Shown: positions 38,128 through 48,043, counted from the stretch's first letter. The stretch is DNA of 64,000 nt from an uncultured Clostridium sp. (GCA_948465565.1 CAOJXR010000002.1:87139-151138); one strand, 5' to 3'. Numbers and translations: made by a program. Notes: a model not told the origin generated them from the sequence alone.

Positions 38128-38517
38128 ATGGGAGAGTTTTTTTCTAGTATAGATTACATGATGATTCTTAAGGCTTTTGTTGTTGGTGGTATTTTGTGTA
38201 TTATTGCTCAAATTTTAATTGATAAGACAAAACTTACTCCTGCTAGAATTCTAGTTTTATATGTTACTTTGGGTACTATTCTAGGTGGTCTTGGTGTATA
38301 TAAATATCTTGTTGATTTTGCTGGATGTGGTGCTACAGTTCCTCTTACAGGATTTGGATACAATTTATCAAAAGGTGTTATTGAAGAAGTTACTAAAAAT
38401 GGTTTCTTAGGTGCATTTATTGGTGGTGTTAAAGCCGCTGCTGGTGGTATTACTGCTGCTATTTTCTTTGGGTATATCGCTTCACTTGTTGCTAAACCTA
38501 AAATGAAGAAACAATAG
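38128..38517 (+). CDS. spoVAE: Stage V sporulation protein AE (SpoVAEb)
   Basis: SpoVAC/AEb family membrane protein; start at the ATG after AAAGGAG. Confidence 0.8.
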   Translation: MGEFFSSIDYMMILKAFVVGGILCIIAQILIDKTKLTPARILVLYVTLGTILGGLGVYKYLVDFAGCGATVPLTGFGYNLSKGVIEEVTKNGFLGAFIGGVKAAAGGITAAIFFGYIASLVAKPKMKKQ

Positions 38518-38656
38518 GTATAGCTATGTGTAATACTCAAGTAAAAATAATTATATTTTAGTATGCTAATACAGAATAAAAATGGCTAGACTTTACTTTA
38601 TGTAAACTTTGTGTTATAATATTTCTGTATTACTTTTATATGGAGGTTTTAGTATC

Positions 38657-38908
38657 ATGCATAGTTTTACATTTGATACAACCCGGCTCAGCTGTCTGCC
38701 CCTGACCAACGTAGACTCTGATGAGTTCTTTAAGTTGGTTAAGGAGGCTGACGTTGGTCAGCAGCATTCCTGCTTCAGCGACCCTTACAAGCTCCTTGAC
38801 AAGCTTCACTCCAGTGGATACGTCGCCGCTGGTGCTTTTCTCAAGGATTCCCTGATTTCCAGATGCAAATACCACTCACTCTTTCCACACCTATCGTGCA
38901 CGCTTTAA
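38657..38908 (+). CDS. Truncated GNAT-like N-terminal fragment (paralog of the next gene; possible pseudogene)
   Basis: TGGAGG 9 nt upstream of the ATG. FTFDTTRLSCLPLTNVDSDEFF parallels FFIDTERIRCQPFIKDDIDSF of the downstream gene. High GC. Confidence 0.4.
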   Translation: MHSFTFDTTRLSCLPLTNVDSDEFFKLVKEADVGQQHSCFSDPYKLLDKLHSSGYVAAGAFLKDSLISRCKYHSLFPHLSCTL

Positions 38909-38914
38909 GGAGGT

Positions 38915-39460
38915 ATGCGCATGAACAGAAATTTCTTTATTGACACTGAAAGGATTCGGTGCCAGCCTTTTATCAAGGATGACATTGATTCTTTCAACGG
39001 TATCATCAAGGTAGATCCTGAGGTTCGCAGATTCTTTACCTTTGGGAGCCTTCTGTCGTTCTTTGTGAGGCTCCATGAGTATGACTGTTGCCCCATGGTT
39101 GTCTATCGCCATTTGCCTGGCATGTCCACTATCGATTCCCAGATGATTGGCTATATCAATGGATATGACTACGGCAACAGTGAGATGCTTGTTGAATTCT
39201 TCGTTGCTAAGGATTTCCGGCGGAACAAGTATGCGGCAGAGATGGTGCATGCGTTCACCAATTATTTGCGCTTTTCTGGCTACTTCACTTTCAGGTTTCA
39301 CGTTGAGGAAGAGAACGCCGCCTGTATTGCTTTTATGGAGCATATTGGCGCTGTTCACTGCATCGACGAAGACTTTGAAGATGAGGAAATTCCCGGAAAG
39401 AAGAGCCAGTACCGCATGTACAAGCTCACCCTGAAGAAGTGGGTGCGCTGCGTAGAGTAA
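38915..39460 (+). CDS. GNAT-family N-acetyltransferase (RimJ/RimL-like)
   Basis: 181 aa with FIDTERIRCQPF, DPEVRRF and a GNAT core (IGYINGYDYGNSEMLVEFFVAKDFRRNKYAAEMVHAF). High GC. Confidence 0.6.
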   Translation: MRMNRNFFIDTERIRCQPFIKDDIDSFNGIIKVDPEVRRFFTFGSLLSFFVRLHEYDCCPMVVYRHLPGMSTIDSQMIGYINGYDYGNSEMLVEFFVAKDFRRNKYAAEMVHAFTNYLRFSGYFTFRFHVEEENAACIAFMEHIGAVHCIDEDFEDEEIPGKKSQYRMYKLTLKKWVRCVE

Positions 39461-39493
39461 ACCTCAAAAAACTTTATAATCCTTGAATAGGAA

Positions 39494-39540
39494 ACCCCAG
39501 GAGCCAGCTAATTAAAGCTGGCTCCTGGGGTTTTTTCTTT
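39494..39540 (+). terminator. Rho-independent terminator
   Basis: ccccaggagccagct-aattaa-agctggctcctgggg followed by TTTTTTC. Confidence 0.65.
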
Positions 39541-39608
39541 CTAGATAATCATCTTAATTTGAAATTTTCAGAGTTCTTATTTTAGAGCTCTATAATATCA
39601 GTTTGCTG

Positions 39609-40397
39609 TTAGTATGTTGTATCTAACACGAATTGTCCTGCTTTTTCTGCTTTCAATATTGTGAGAGTTTCACAGATATCATACAGAGATACTTTGCCAT
39701 CAAAAGCTTTTGTCTCTAATATTGACGGAATACCTATAGCAGCATAGTGACTCCCATTGATTTCAATGGACGCTTCTTTTTTCAAAAATTCTTCCATTGT
39801 GAATTCATATCCATAACTTCCTTCTATTCGGTTATGAATTCCTCTCATCTTCAGCTCCTCGTCTGTTAAAATGTCAACTATTTTATCTGCGCTCGTATCA
39901 ATTTTTAAAACGCGGATATCTTGGTTAAATAGCGTAGCTGCAAACATTACTTCAGATGTCTTAAAGAATATTTCTTTGTATTCTGCTGGTATTTCGCTTA
40001 TCTCGTCAATTAGTTGCTGAATGGCGTCACGCTCCTTCTTTAACTGCTGATTTGTTTGTTCTAGTTCCTCAATCCTTTCTTTCTGTGAATTTTGAGTTGT
40101 CTCTGATGAACCTAAAGCATTTTGTAGATTCAGAAGTGTTTGGTTCTGTTCATTGAGTTTTTCCTGCAAATCCATGATTTCCTTATCTTTGGAACCGATT
40201 GTTTCCATACAGGAATCCAGCGTTTTTTGCAGATTAGCTGCAGTATCTTTGTGGCTTTTGACTTGGTCTTTGAGAGACACATTTTGTGCACAAAAGACGA
40301 CTGAAATTACGAAGGTAAACGCAAACATCAGTCCTAGCAGAATGCACACCTCTGTTCTCTCAGAAATCCGATTCTTGTCCATTTTGCAAACCTCCAT
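39609..40397 (-). CDS. Membrane-anchored coiled-coil protein (hypothetical)
   Basis: TM near the N-terminus and a long Q/E/K-rich coiled-coil (LQEKLNEQNQTLLNLQ). Confidence 0.45.
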   Translation of the reverse strand: MEVCKMDKNRISERTEVCILLGLMFAFTFVISVVFCAQNVSLKDQVKSHKDTAANLQKTLDSCMETIGSKDKEIMDLQEKLNEQNQTLLNLQNALGSSETTQNSQKERIEELEQTNQQLKKERDAIQQLIDEISEIPAEYKEIFFKTSEVMFAATLFNQDIRVLKIDTSADKIVDILTDEELKMRGIHNRIEGSYGYEFTMEEFLKKEASIEINGSHYAAIGIPSILETKAFDGKVSLYDICETLTILKAEKAGQFVLDTTY

Positions 40398-40469
40398 TTA
40401 TATTTGGGATTTCTCCACTATTTTTAGTATACTCTATTCCTTGTTTTATGTCAACTCATTGCGTGGTTC

Positions 40470-40535
40470 GTGGAGCAACCCCCAAAACAAACGGAGCATC
40501 AGTGACTTTAGGCTGCTGATGCTCCGTTTGTTTTG
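40470..40535 (-). terminator. Long hairpin terminator downstream of leuS
   Basis: Stem of about 22 bp: caaaacaaacggagcatcag..ctgatgctccgtttgttttg. Confidence 0.5.
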
Positions 40536-40564
40536 TTCTTAGACTTTATAAAAGTCCTCTGTTG

Positions 40565-42988
40565 TTATTTTACTACTATATTATAAATTTTTCCTTTTAC
40601 ATAGATTTTCTTTATAACTGTTTTTCCTTCTAGTAATTTTGTTATTACTTCGTTTTCTTCTACTACTTTATCAATATCTGATTGTTCTATATCTTTTGGT
40701 ACAGTAACAGTTGTTTTTAATTTTCCATTTATTTGTACTGGTACTTCTATTACATCATCTATTGTTTTTGTTTCATCGAAACTTGGCCATGGAGTTTTAG
40801 CTATTTCAGTTTTTTCTCCTAGTCTTTCCCATATTTCTTCTGTCATATGAGGTGCAAATGGATTTAATAATTGTAAAAATGTTTTGTATTCAGCTTTGTT
40901 TATCTTCTTTGCTCTTGTGAATTCATTTACCATTGTCATGAATGTTGATACACACGTGTTAAACTTCATTTCTTCAATATCGTTTGTTATTTTCTTTATT
41001 GCTTTATGTATCATTGATTCGAATTCTTTTGAATATTCATCGCCTTCTACTAAGATTTCTTGCATATTCCATATTCTATCTAAGAATTTGCTACATCCAC
41101 GAATGCTTTCCATTGACCATGGTGCTGTTTGGTCAAATGGTCCCATAAACATTTCATATACTCTAAAGCTGTCTGCCCCAAAATCTCTTACTATATCATC
41201 AGGATTTACTACATTTCCTTTTGATTTAGACATTTTTTCTCCGTTGCTACCTAATATCATTCCGTGTGATGTACGTTTTTGATATGGCTCTTTTGTTGGG
41301 ACTTTTCCTATGTCATATAGGAACTTGTGCCAAAATCTTGAGTATAATAAGTGTAGTGTTGTATGTTCCATTCCTCCATTGTACCAATCAACTGGTGACC
41401 AATATTCTAACGCTTCTTTTGATGCAAATTCGTTTTCATTATGTGGGTCCATATAACGTAAATAATACCAAGATGACCCTGCCCATTGTGGCATTGTGTC
41501 TGTTTCACGTTTTGCTGGTTTTCCACAATGTGGGCATGTTGTATTAATCCATTCTGTTTGTTTTGCAAGTGGTGATTCTCCGTTTTCGCCTGGCTCATAA
41601 TCTTGTACTTCTGGTAATTTTAGTGGTAACCTGTCTTCTGGTACTGGAACCCATCCACATTCTTCACAATATACCATTGGTATTGGTTCACCCCAGTATC
41701 TTTGGCGTGAGAATACCCAATCACGTAATTTATAATTTACTTTTCTTTTTCCTAATTTGTTTTCTTCTATATATTTAATTATTTTTTCTATTGCTTCTTT
41801 TACTTGCAATCCATCTAACATTCCTGAATTCACTAATATTCCTGTTTCTGTATCAGTATATGCTTCTTCTAATTCTTCTTGTTTTTCTGTTTCATTTTTT
41901 ACAATAACTCTTTTTATTGGTAGATTAAATTTCTTTGCGAATTCAAAGTCTCTTGTATCATGTGCTGGAACTGCCATTATCGCACCTGTTCCATATGTTA
42001 TTAAGACATAGTCTGATATCCAAATTTGCATTTCTTCGTTTGTTATTGGATTTATTGCTTTTATTCCTTTTATTTCTACACCTGTTTTTTCTTTGTTTAA
42101 TTCTGCTCTTTCAAAATCTGATTTCATTGATGCTTTTTCTTGATAGTTTCTTACCTCTTGTAAATTGTCTATTTTTTCTTTATATTTTTCAATTAGTGGA
42201 TGTTCTGGTGATATAACCATATATGTTGCTCCATATATAGTGTCTGGTCTTGTTGTATAGATTAGAAGGGTGTCATCTGTGTCTTTTATTTTAAAGTTTA
42301 CTTCTGCTCCTTCGCTTCTTCCTATCCAGTTTTTTTGTTGTGCTTTTATTTTATCAAGGAAGTCTAAATCATCTAGGTCATCAATTAATCTTTGTGCGTA
42401 TTCTGTGATTTTTAGCATCCATTGTGATTTTTCTTTTTGTACTACTGGACTTCCGCATCTTTCGCAAACACCGTTTACTACTTCTTCGTTTGCTAGTCCT
42501 ACTTTACATCCTGTACAGAAGTTTATTGGCATTGTGGCTTTATATGCTAGTCCTTTTTTGAATAATTGTATAAATATCCATTGTGTCCATTTATAGTATT
42601 CTGGATCTGTTGTGTTTACTTCTCTTGACCAATCAAATGAGAATCCTAGAGATTTTAATTGCTCTCTAAAATGATTTATATTGTTTTCTGTTGTTATTTT
42701 TGGATGTACATGATTTTTGATTGCATAATTTTCTGCTGGTAGTCCAAATGCATCAAATCCTATTGGAAATAATACATTATATCCTTGCATTCTTTTCTTT
42801 CTTGCAATTATATCTAAGGCTGTATAACTACGTGGATGTCCTACATGGAGTCCTTGTCCTGAAGGATATGGAAATTCTATCAGTCCAAACCATTTTGGTA
42901 ATGTGTAATCATTTTTTGCATAAAATGTTCCTTCCTTCTCCCATTTTTTTTGCCATTTTTGTTCTACTTCTTTAAAATTGTAAGACAT
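40565..42988 (-). CDS. leuS: Leucine--tRNA ligase
   Basis: 807 aa with the HVGHP (HIGH) motif, KMSKSKGN and an editing domain. Confidence 0.9.
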   Translation of the reverse strand: MSYNFKEVEQKWQKKWEKEGTFYAKNDYTLPKWFGLIEFPYPSGQGLHVGHPRSYTALDIIARKKRMQGYNVLFPIGFDAFGLPAENYAIKNHVHPKITTENNINHFREQLKSLGFSFDWSREVNTTDPEYYKWTQWIFIQLFKKGLAYKATMPINFCTGCKVGLANEEVVNGVCERCGSPVVQKEKSQWMLKITEYAQRLIDDLDDLDFLDKIKAQQKNWIGRSEGAEVNFKIKDTDDTLLIYTTRPDTIYGATYMVISPEHPLIEKYKEKIDNLQEVRNYQEKASMKSDFERAELNKEKTGVEIKGIKAINPITNEEMQIWISDYVLITYGTGAIMAVPAHDTRDFEFAKKFNLPIKRVIVKNETEKQEELEEAYTDTETGILVNSGMLDGLQVKEAIEKIIKYIEENKLGKRKVNYKLRDWVFSRQRYWGEPIPMVYCEECGWVPVPEDRLPLKLPEVQDYEPGENGESPLAKQTEWINTTCPHCGKPAKRETDTMPQWAGSSWYYLRYMDPHNENEFASKEALEYWSPVDWYNGGMEHTTLHLLYSRFWHKFLYDIGKVPTKEPYQKRTSHGMILGSNGEKMSKSKGNVVNPDDIVRDFGADSFRVYEMFMGPFDQTAPWSMESIRGCSKFLDRIWNMQEILVEGDEYSKEFESMIHKAIKKITNDIEEMKFNTCVSTFMTMVNEFTRAKKINKAEYKTFLQLLNPFAPHMTEEIWERLGEKTEIAKTPWPSFDETKTIDDVIEVPVQINGKLKTTVTVPKDIEQSDIDKVVEENEVITKLLEGKTVIKKIYVKGKIYNIVVK

Positions 42989-43248
42989 GTTTTTTCCTCC
43001 ATTTCTGTTTTACTCAAGATTTATTTCTTAAGTTTTTTGCAATGTTTGTATTATATAACAACTTACGCCATTTTTCAATATGTTGAATTACAAAAAGCTA
43101 TAATAGCAAATATTATTGTATATCTCTCATCTTGCAATATTATGTAAATTAGTGTATAATATATTTATTCTCGCAGGTACAGCGAATCTAATGTACCATT
43201 TAGTAATTGTCGCTAATCTGTTAGTGACTTACTGAGTAAGGAGCTTCT

Positions 43249-43455
43249 ATGAATCGCACTGTTCTCTATGAATGTCCCAATTGTTCCGCATATGGGCTCA
43301 TCCCTATCAGCAAGGATGCCGGCATTTTCGTCTTGTGTTCTTCCTGCGGAGGAAGTGGACACCGTCAGCCTCGGGAGGGTGAACTTCGGTTTCCTTTCAT
43401 CGAGTTTACTGGACTCAAGCATTTGGACGGTGTTAATAAAATTTTGCCCAGATAA
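43249..43455 (+). CDS. Small zinc-ribbon protein (68 aa) in a high-GC island
   Basis: AAGGAG 5 nt upstream of the ATG. CPNC..(16 aa)..CSSCGG fits a four-Cys zinc ribbon. The opposite-strand ORF 43213..43500 is rejected. Confidence 0.45.
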   Translation: MNRTVLYECPNCSAYGLIPISKDAGIFVLCSSCGGSGHRQPREGELRFPFIEFTGLKHLDGVNKILPR

Positions 43456-43525
43456 TTTTCTGGACTGCTTGTCCAAAACGGCGTTTGGTGTTCTTCGCAA
43501 CTCATAGCTCAGTTAAAGCTTATTC

Positions 43526-43566
43526 AAAAAGGGCTCCCTTTTTTCGGAAAGGGAGCCCTTTTATAT
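43526..43566. terminator. Bidirectional hairpin terminator (zinc-ribbon gene / rplT)
   Basis: aagggctccctt-ttttcgga-aagggagccctt with T-runs on both sides. Confidence 0.6.
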
Positions 43567-43587
43567 CTATTTTCGCAAATTTTTCAT

Positions 43588-43938
43588 TTATGCATTTTTT
43601 GCTATTTCTGCTATTGCTTTAAAAGCTTCCATATCAGAAACTGCAAGTTCTGCTAACATTTTTCTGTTTATTGTAACATTAGCTTTCTTTAATCCAGATA
43701 TTAATTTGCTGTATGTTAATCCGTTCATTCTTGCTGCTGCGTTGATTCTGATTATCCATAATTTTCTGAAATCACTCTTTTTATCTTTTCTTCCAACGTA
43801 AGCATACATTCCAGATTTCATAACAGCTTGGTTAGCATTTCTAAATCTATAATGTTTTGCTCCATAATATCCTTTTGCTCTTTTTAAAACTTTTTTATGT
43901 CTAGCTCTTGTTGTTCTTGCTGTTTTTACTCTTGCCAT
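43588..43938 (-). CDS. rplT: 50S ribosomal protein L20
   Basis: [28 protein letters not shown].. Confidence 0.9.
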   Translation of the reverse strand: MARVKTARTTRARHKKVLKRAKGYYGAKHYRFRNANQAVMKSGMYAYVGRKDKKSDFRKLWIIRINAAARMNGLTYSKLISGLKKANVTINRKMLAELAVSDMEAFKAIAEIAKNA

Positions 43939-43972
43939 TTATTATTCACTCCTTTTCCTAGATTCATTCTAA

Positions 43973-44173
43973 TTAATCATATGGTAATAATTTCTTTACA
44001 TGTGATAAACATGTCTTATCCATTATTCCGTCTTGTACTCTTGCTGTATGTCTTGTTCTTTTTGTTTTGTTTGCTAATAAGTGTCTTCTATTAGCTTTTG
44101 TTCTTTTTACTTTTCCTGTAGCTGTAACTTTATATCTTTTTGCAGCAGCTCTATTTGTTTTTAATTTTGGCAT
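43973..44173 (-). CDS. rpmI: 50S ribosomal protein L35
   Basis: [24 protein letters not shown].. Confidence 0.85.
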   Translation of the reverse strand: MPKLKTNRAAAKRYKVTATGKVKRTKANRRHLLANKTKRTRHTARVQDGIMDKTCLSHVKKLLPYD

Positions 44174-44189
44174 AATAAATTTCTCCTTT

Positions 44190-44696
44190 CTATTTCTTAG
44201 CTAGTATTAAAAACATACTTTTACCTTCTAGATGAGGTGCTTTCTCAATGTTTGAAACATCAGATAATTCTTCTGCAAATCTATTAAGAATTCCCTCTCC
44301 TATTTTTACATTGTTAAGTTCTCTACCTCTAAATCGTACTGTGAATTTTACCTTATTTCCAGACTCTAAGAATCCTCTTGCATTTTTGCATTTGAAACCA
44401 AAGTCATGTTCTCCAATATTTGGAGTAACTCTTATTTCTTTTGTTTCAACTGCTTTTTGATTTTTTCTAGATTCTTTTTCTTTTTTAGCTTGTTCAAATT
44501 TGTACTTTCCATAGTTCATTATTTTTGCAACTGGCATTTCTGGGTTTGGTGAAACTAGTACTAAATCTAAATCTCTGCTTTCTGCCAAGTCAACTGCTTC
44601 TGCAGTATTCATCTTTCCTAATTTTTCTCCAGTTTCGCTAATTACGTTTACTGAACTAAATTTTATTTGCCTATTGATAGGTAATTCTTGTTTTAT
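44190..44696 (-). CDS. infC: Translation initiation factor IF-3, with a non-AUG (ATA) start
   Basis: The annotated ATG ORF begins mid-domain ([22 protein letters not shown]). The in-frame upstream codons read [28 protein letters not shown], matching the IF-3 N-domain. GGAGG lies 9 nt upstream of an ATA codon at 44696..44694. Confidence 0.75.
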   Translation of the reverse strand: MKQELPINRQIKFSSVNVISETGEKLGKMNTAEAVDLAESRDLDLVLVSPNPEMPVAKIMNYGKYKFEQAKKEKESRKNQKAVETKEIRVTPNIGEHDFGFKCKNARGFLESGNKVKFTVRFRGRELNNVKIGEGILNRFAEELSDVSNIEKAPHLEGKSMFLILAKK

Positions 44697-44912
44697 AGTA
44701 AAACACCTCCGATTTTTAGTATTTCATTTTTCATAAAAAAATGACTTGTTATAAAACAAGCCAATTCGCATAAAAATAACATTAAAATATATATTATTTT
44801 TTTGACCTTTTGCCTTAATTAGCTTAGGTGAGAACTGACTTCTTCTTTAAAACATACATATAATAACATCTTTTCTAGGTTTTGTCAACAGTTTAATTAT
44901 AATTTTTGACTA

Positions 44913-45689
44913 TTATGGAATTATTCTTTTACCATTGTTTACTATCCATTCTCCACTTTCAAAATCACTATATTGAGTTTCAAATCTAACATCAAATCGT
45001 ATATCTATGTATCCATTGTAATCTAGGTAAATGGCTTTATATATATTTTCTAAAGTATCAAAATATATTCCTTTTTCTTTTGGAAATAGTTGTTCTACTT
45101 CTTTTTTTGATAAATTTGTTTCAATATCTATTTGTAGCGTTGGTCTATTAGTATATTTATCATATACTAATTCAAATCTTGGCTCACGTATAATATTAAA
45201 ATTAATTATGTCTTTTTCATATTCCTCTTTGGTTGTTGGTAATAAAAATGGCCATGGCTCTCCTGTTGGATAACTATATATATTACTAATAGTTGCTAGA
45301 TATTTTAATAGTTCTTCCCATTGTTCTTTTCTAAAAATACTTGTTGGTAAATTAATCCCTGTATGATCAATTCTTTTTATATGATTTTTTAATCTGTTTG
45401 CTATATCTTTTGCTTTTATTCTTTTTGTTTCATAAAGTTCATTCTTGTATTCTCTATTGCCTACCAATAAATTTAAGTACTTATCATTGCCTATATCTAT
45501 TTGTATATCTTTGCTATTTGTATCCAATTTAAATATTGTTTTTGGTTTTAATTTTGATGATATTATATGAATTTCATTGTTATTAATTATTTCGACATAT
45601 GATAAATTTTTAAATAATGTTATTAATAAGTTAAACAATTCTATATTTTCTTCATTTTCTGGAAATATGTATTCTATTTTTTCTAGCAT
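44913..45689 (-). CDS. Hypothetical protein
   Basis: 258-aa ORF with no recognised motif. Confidence 0.4.
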   Translation of the reverse strand: MLEKIEYIFPENEENIELFNLLITLFKNLSYVEIINNNEIHIISSKLKPKTIFKLDTNSKDIQIDIGNDKYLNLLVGNREYKNELYETKRIKAKDIANRLKNHIKRIDHTGINLPTSIFRKEQWEELLKYLATISNIYSYPTGEPWPFLLPTTKEEYEKDIINFNIIREPRFELVYDKYTNRPTLQIDIETNLSKKEVEQLFPKEKGIYFDTLENIYKAIYLDYNGYIDIRFDVRFETQYSDFESGEWIVNNGKRIIP

Positions 45690-45846
45690 TTTCTCCTCCT
45701 AAAACATTTTTAGTATATATTAAAAATATATTTTTATCAATTAATTTCGTATTGACTTTTTTGTATGTTTCCTTTACGCTGTTTATATATTATTTTAATT
45801 AATAAATAATATAGTTTAAATAAAAATTTTATATGGAGAATATATT

Positions 45847-46512
45847 ATGATATTAGCAATAACGCAAAGGTATGAAAGAATTGATAATGATGACCATTTT
45901 AAAGAGAGTTTTGGTTTAAATAAGTATTTTAAAGATATTTTTGAGGATTTAGATGTATTATTGTTTCCTATTTCTTCTACAACTCAACTTGAAAAAGTAG
46001 TTGACATCTGTGATGGTTTATTAATAACTGGTAGGTCAATTGATATAAACCCTAAATATTATGGTGAACAAGCTATACATCAAACAAATATATCAAATTT
46101 TTATAACAAAGAAGATGAATTAGATTTTCTTCTTATACAATCTTTTTATAAAGCTAATAAACCAATTTTAGGTGTTTGTGCTGGGATTCAAGCTATTAAT
46201 GTGTGTTTTGGTGGAAGTTTATATCAAGATATTCCTAATCACACAAGCCAAAGTTCTATAAATATGCACAATATTAAATTAGAAAAAAATTCTTTTTTAG
46301 AAAAATGTTATGGAACAGATTCTATGAAAGTCAACTCTTTTCACCATCAGGCAATAAATAGGGTTGCAGATAATTTTAAAGTAACAGCTATTAGTGATGA
46401 TGGTATTATAGAAGCAATTGAATTTAATAATATCGTAGGCGTTCAATGGCATCCTGAGAAAATGAATGATATCAAATTTTTTAATGAATTTATTAAATTA
46501 TGTATGAAGTAA
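45847..46512 (+). CDS. Class I glutamine amidotransferase-like hydrolase (gamma-glutamyl-GABA hydrolase / peptidase C26 family)
   Basis: GVCAGIQ nucleophile elbow and a VQWHPE catalytic His-Glu region. Confidence 0.7.
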   Translation: MILAITQRYERIDNDDHFKESFGLNKYFKDIFEDLDVLLFPISSTTQLEKVVDICDGLLITGRSIDINPKYYGEQAIHQTNISNFYNKEDELDFLLIQSFYKANKPILGVCAGIQAINVCFGGSLYQDIPNHTSQSSINMHNIKLEKNSFLEKCYGTDSMKVNSFHHQAINRVADNFKVTAISDDGIIEAIEFNNIVGVQWHPEKMNDIKFFNEFIKLCMK

Positions 46513-46559
46513 TAAATATATTAAATATTTGTTAAATTACTGTATATGGTGGCTTTTAT

Positions 46560-46675
46560 TTGTAATTTACATAAAATTATGGTATAATATAGTTTGCAAG
46601 TTGGTTATTGCACAACCTAGTATCAAAAATACGGGGGAGTGCAATTCCTCCGTAAAATTTTAGGAGGAATGAATT
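46560..46675 (+). promoter_or_regulatory. Promoter (TTGTAA-17-TGgTATAAT) and structured leader with an SD-sequestering hairpin
   Basis: An extended -10 lies at 46580..46588. aattcctcc (46643..46651) is complementary to the ggaggaat SD (46663..46670). attgcac/gtgcaat supplies an alternative pairing. Confidence 0.35.
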
Positions 46676-47869
46676 ATGTCAGTATTGACAGCAAAACCAC
46701 AATTTCTGTATCCCTGCTCTCGGCAGTTCCCGTTTGACGAGGTTGCCGAAAAGATTGTAAGGGCTATGGAAAAACGCAACTGGGAGGTCCCTGGAATTTC
46801 GGTTGACTTCTACACCTACGGCTCCGGCGAAGCAAAATACAAGATGGTTAACAACATCGTGGGCGATGACTTCAAACTGCATTTTTGTCGTTCTCAGGGT
46901 CGGCTTGACAGCAGGAATGTGGATATCGCGGCGCTTGACAGCGTCTGTATTCCGAAGGAAATTCTCCAGGTTTTTTCCGATGAGTCTGGTCCGAGATATT
47001 ACCTCTATGTAGGTAATGACTGGGAAGGCGACAAAGCTTGGTTCATGAATTCCATCAAGGTTAATTCCAAGCTTAATAATGAGCCTCGGAGATATCTGAT
47101 GTACAAGGGCAATGCCTGCAGAGGACGTGCCACAAATCTGGTTTCTGACAACGATATCCATCGTGAATACTCGCCTGAGGGTGACGAGCCTGTCCGTATC
47201 AACCTTCAGCATAAGTTCAATGAATTCACAGCATGGCTGGAGGAACATGTTCTCAATTATATCCTTAGCTTTCCTGAAGCAGACATCCTCCTTCCTGAGC
47301 CTACTGTGGAGCTTATTCCCTACCAAGGTCCTTGGCCGACTGTCTTCAGCGTATGCAACTGGCGGAATGCTCAAAGGTTGGAGAAGGGGAAGAAAAACCC
47401 TATGGATTTGTGTCCTGCAGATCGCCATGCATCTATTGGCGATGGACATCGTTTGGTTTCTCTTGGTGTGAGCGGTGTTCTGGAGATAGCTCATGATGGC
47501 TTTATCTGGTGTGACACTAACCAAGAGATTACCTTCTGCTCTAGGGCAAGCGATCTTCTGGATGACGTCTATAGCTCGTGCACTCCACTTTTTGGTCAAA
47601 GATACCTTGTTGCAATAAGACTCAAATATTCCAATGGCGTGTATGTGGCGGATAACTCCAAGTTTGACGAAACTCGCCATCAGCTTTTTGAGACTATTGC
47701 ACCTCGTGACCGTCTGACAGATGAAGAGCTCGACAGCGCCTACGCCGCCAGAGGAGCCACAATCGTTCCTATCACCGAATATAAGGGCGGATATAAGGAG
47801 CCCATCGTGCTCATCAATCGAGAATTGGACTTCGATGAGATTGAGTGGCTTATTGAAATGAAACGGTAA
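46676..47869 (+). CDS. Hypothetical 397-aa protein in a high-GC island
   Basis: TAGGAGG 7 nt upstream of the ATG and a strong terminator downstream. No recognised motif. The antisense ORF 46679..47680 is rejected. Confidence 0.55.
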   Translation: MSVLTAKPQFLYPCSRQFPFDEVAEKIVRAMEKRNWEVPGISVDFYTYGSGEAKYKMVNNIVGDDFKLHFCRSQGRLDSRNVDIAALDSVCIPKEILQVFSDESGPRYYLYVGNDWEGDKAWFMNSIKVNSKLNNEPRRYLMYKGNACRGRATNLVSDNDIHREYSPEGDEPVRINLQHKFNEFTAWLEEHVLNYILSFPEADILLPEPTVELIPYQGPWPTVFSVCNWRNAQRLEKGKKNPMDLCPADRHASIGDGHRLVSLGVSGVLEIAHDGFIWCDTNQEITFCSRASDLLDDVYSSCTPLFGQRYLVAIRLKYSNGVYVADNSKFDETRHQLFETIAPRDRLTDEELDSAYAARGATIVPITEYKGGYKEPIVLINRELDFDEIEWLIEMKR

Positions 47870-47885
47870 AGTTTGTCATCTACTG

Positions 47886-47935
47886 GCAGCCGGAGTCCCC
47901 TAGAGAATATTCTCTGGGGGACTCCGGTCCTTTTA
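47886..47935 (+). terminator. Rho-independent terminator
   Basis: ccggagtcccc-tagagaatattctct-gggggactccgg followed by a T-run. Confidence 0.65.
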
Positions 47936-48043
47936 TTATTTTTTAATCAATATATTTAGTGTATCTTATCTATTTATTATGTATATTTGTATTTTTGTTT
48001 AATATTATTTATTGTATAATTTTATTAGAAATGGAGAAATTTA

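Noticed and set aside
38636-39434. Minus- and plus-strand alternative ORFs (38636..38875, 38891..39358, 38905..39096, 39147..39434) in the GNAT island
   Set aside because: They overlap the SD-supported GNAT genes in other frames, the usual artefact of a GC-rich region.
42989-43248. Looked for a T-box riboswitch leader upstream of leuS
   Set aside because: No AATTAGGGTGGTACCGCG-like T-box sequence, and no specifier-loop/antiterminator arrangement visible on the minus strand. The region is plain AT-rich promoter DNA.
43213-43500. 95-aa minus-strand ORF overlapping the zinc-ribbon gene
   Set aside because: No SD, and a low-complexity product. The plus-strand ORF has an SD and a four-Cys ribbon motif.
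44700-44912. Considered an L20-binding or attenuator leader upstream of infC, as in Bacillus
   Set aside because: No convincing terminator/antiterminator pair could be drawn by eye in this AT-rich segment.
46679-47680. 333-aa minus-strand ORF fully antisense to the 397-aa high-GC gene
   Set aside because: It has no SD and its start lies in the wrong context. Long antisense ORFs are expected in GC-rich DNA. The plus-strand ORF has the consensus SD, a promoter upstream and a terminator downstream.
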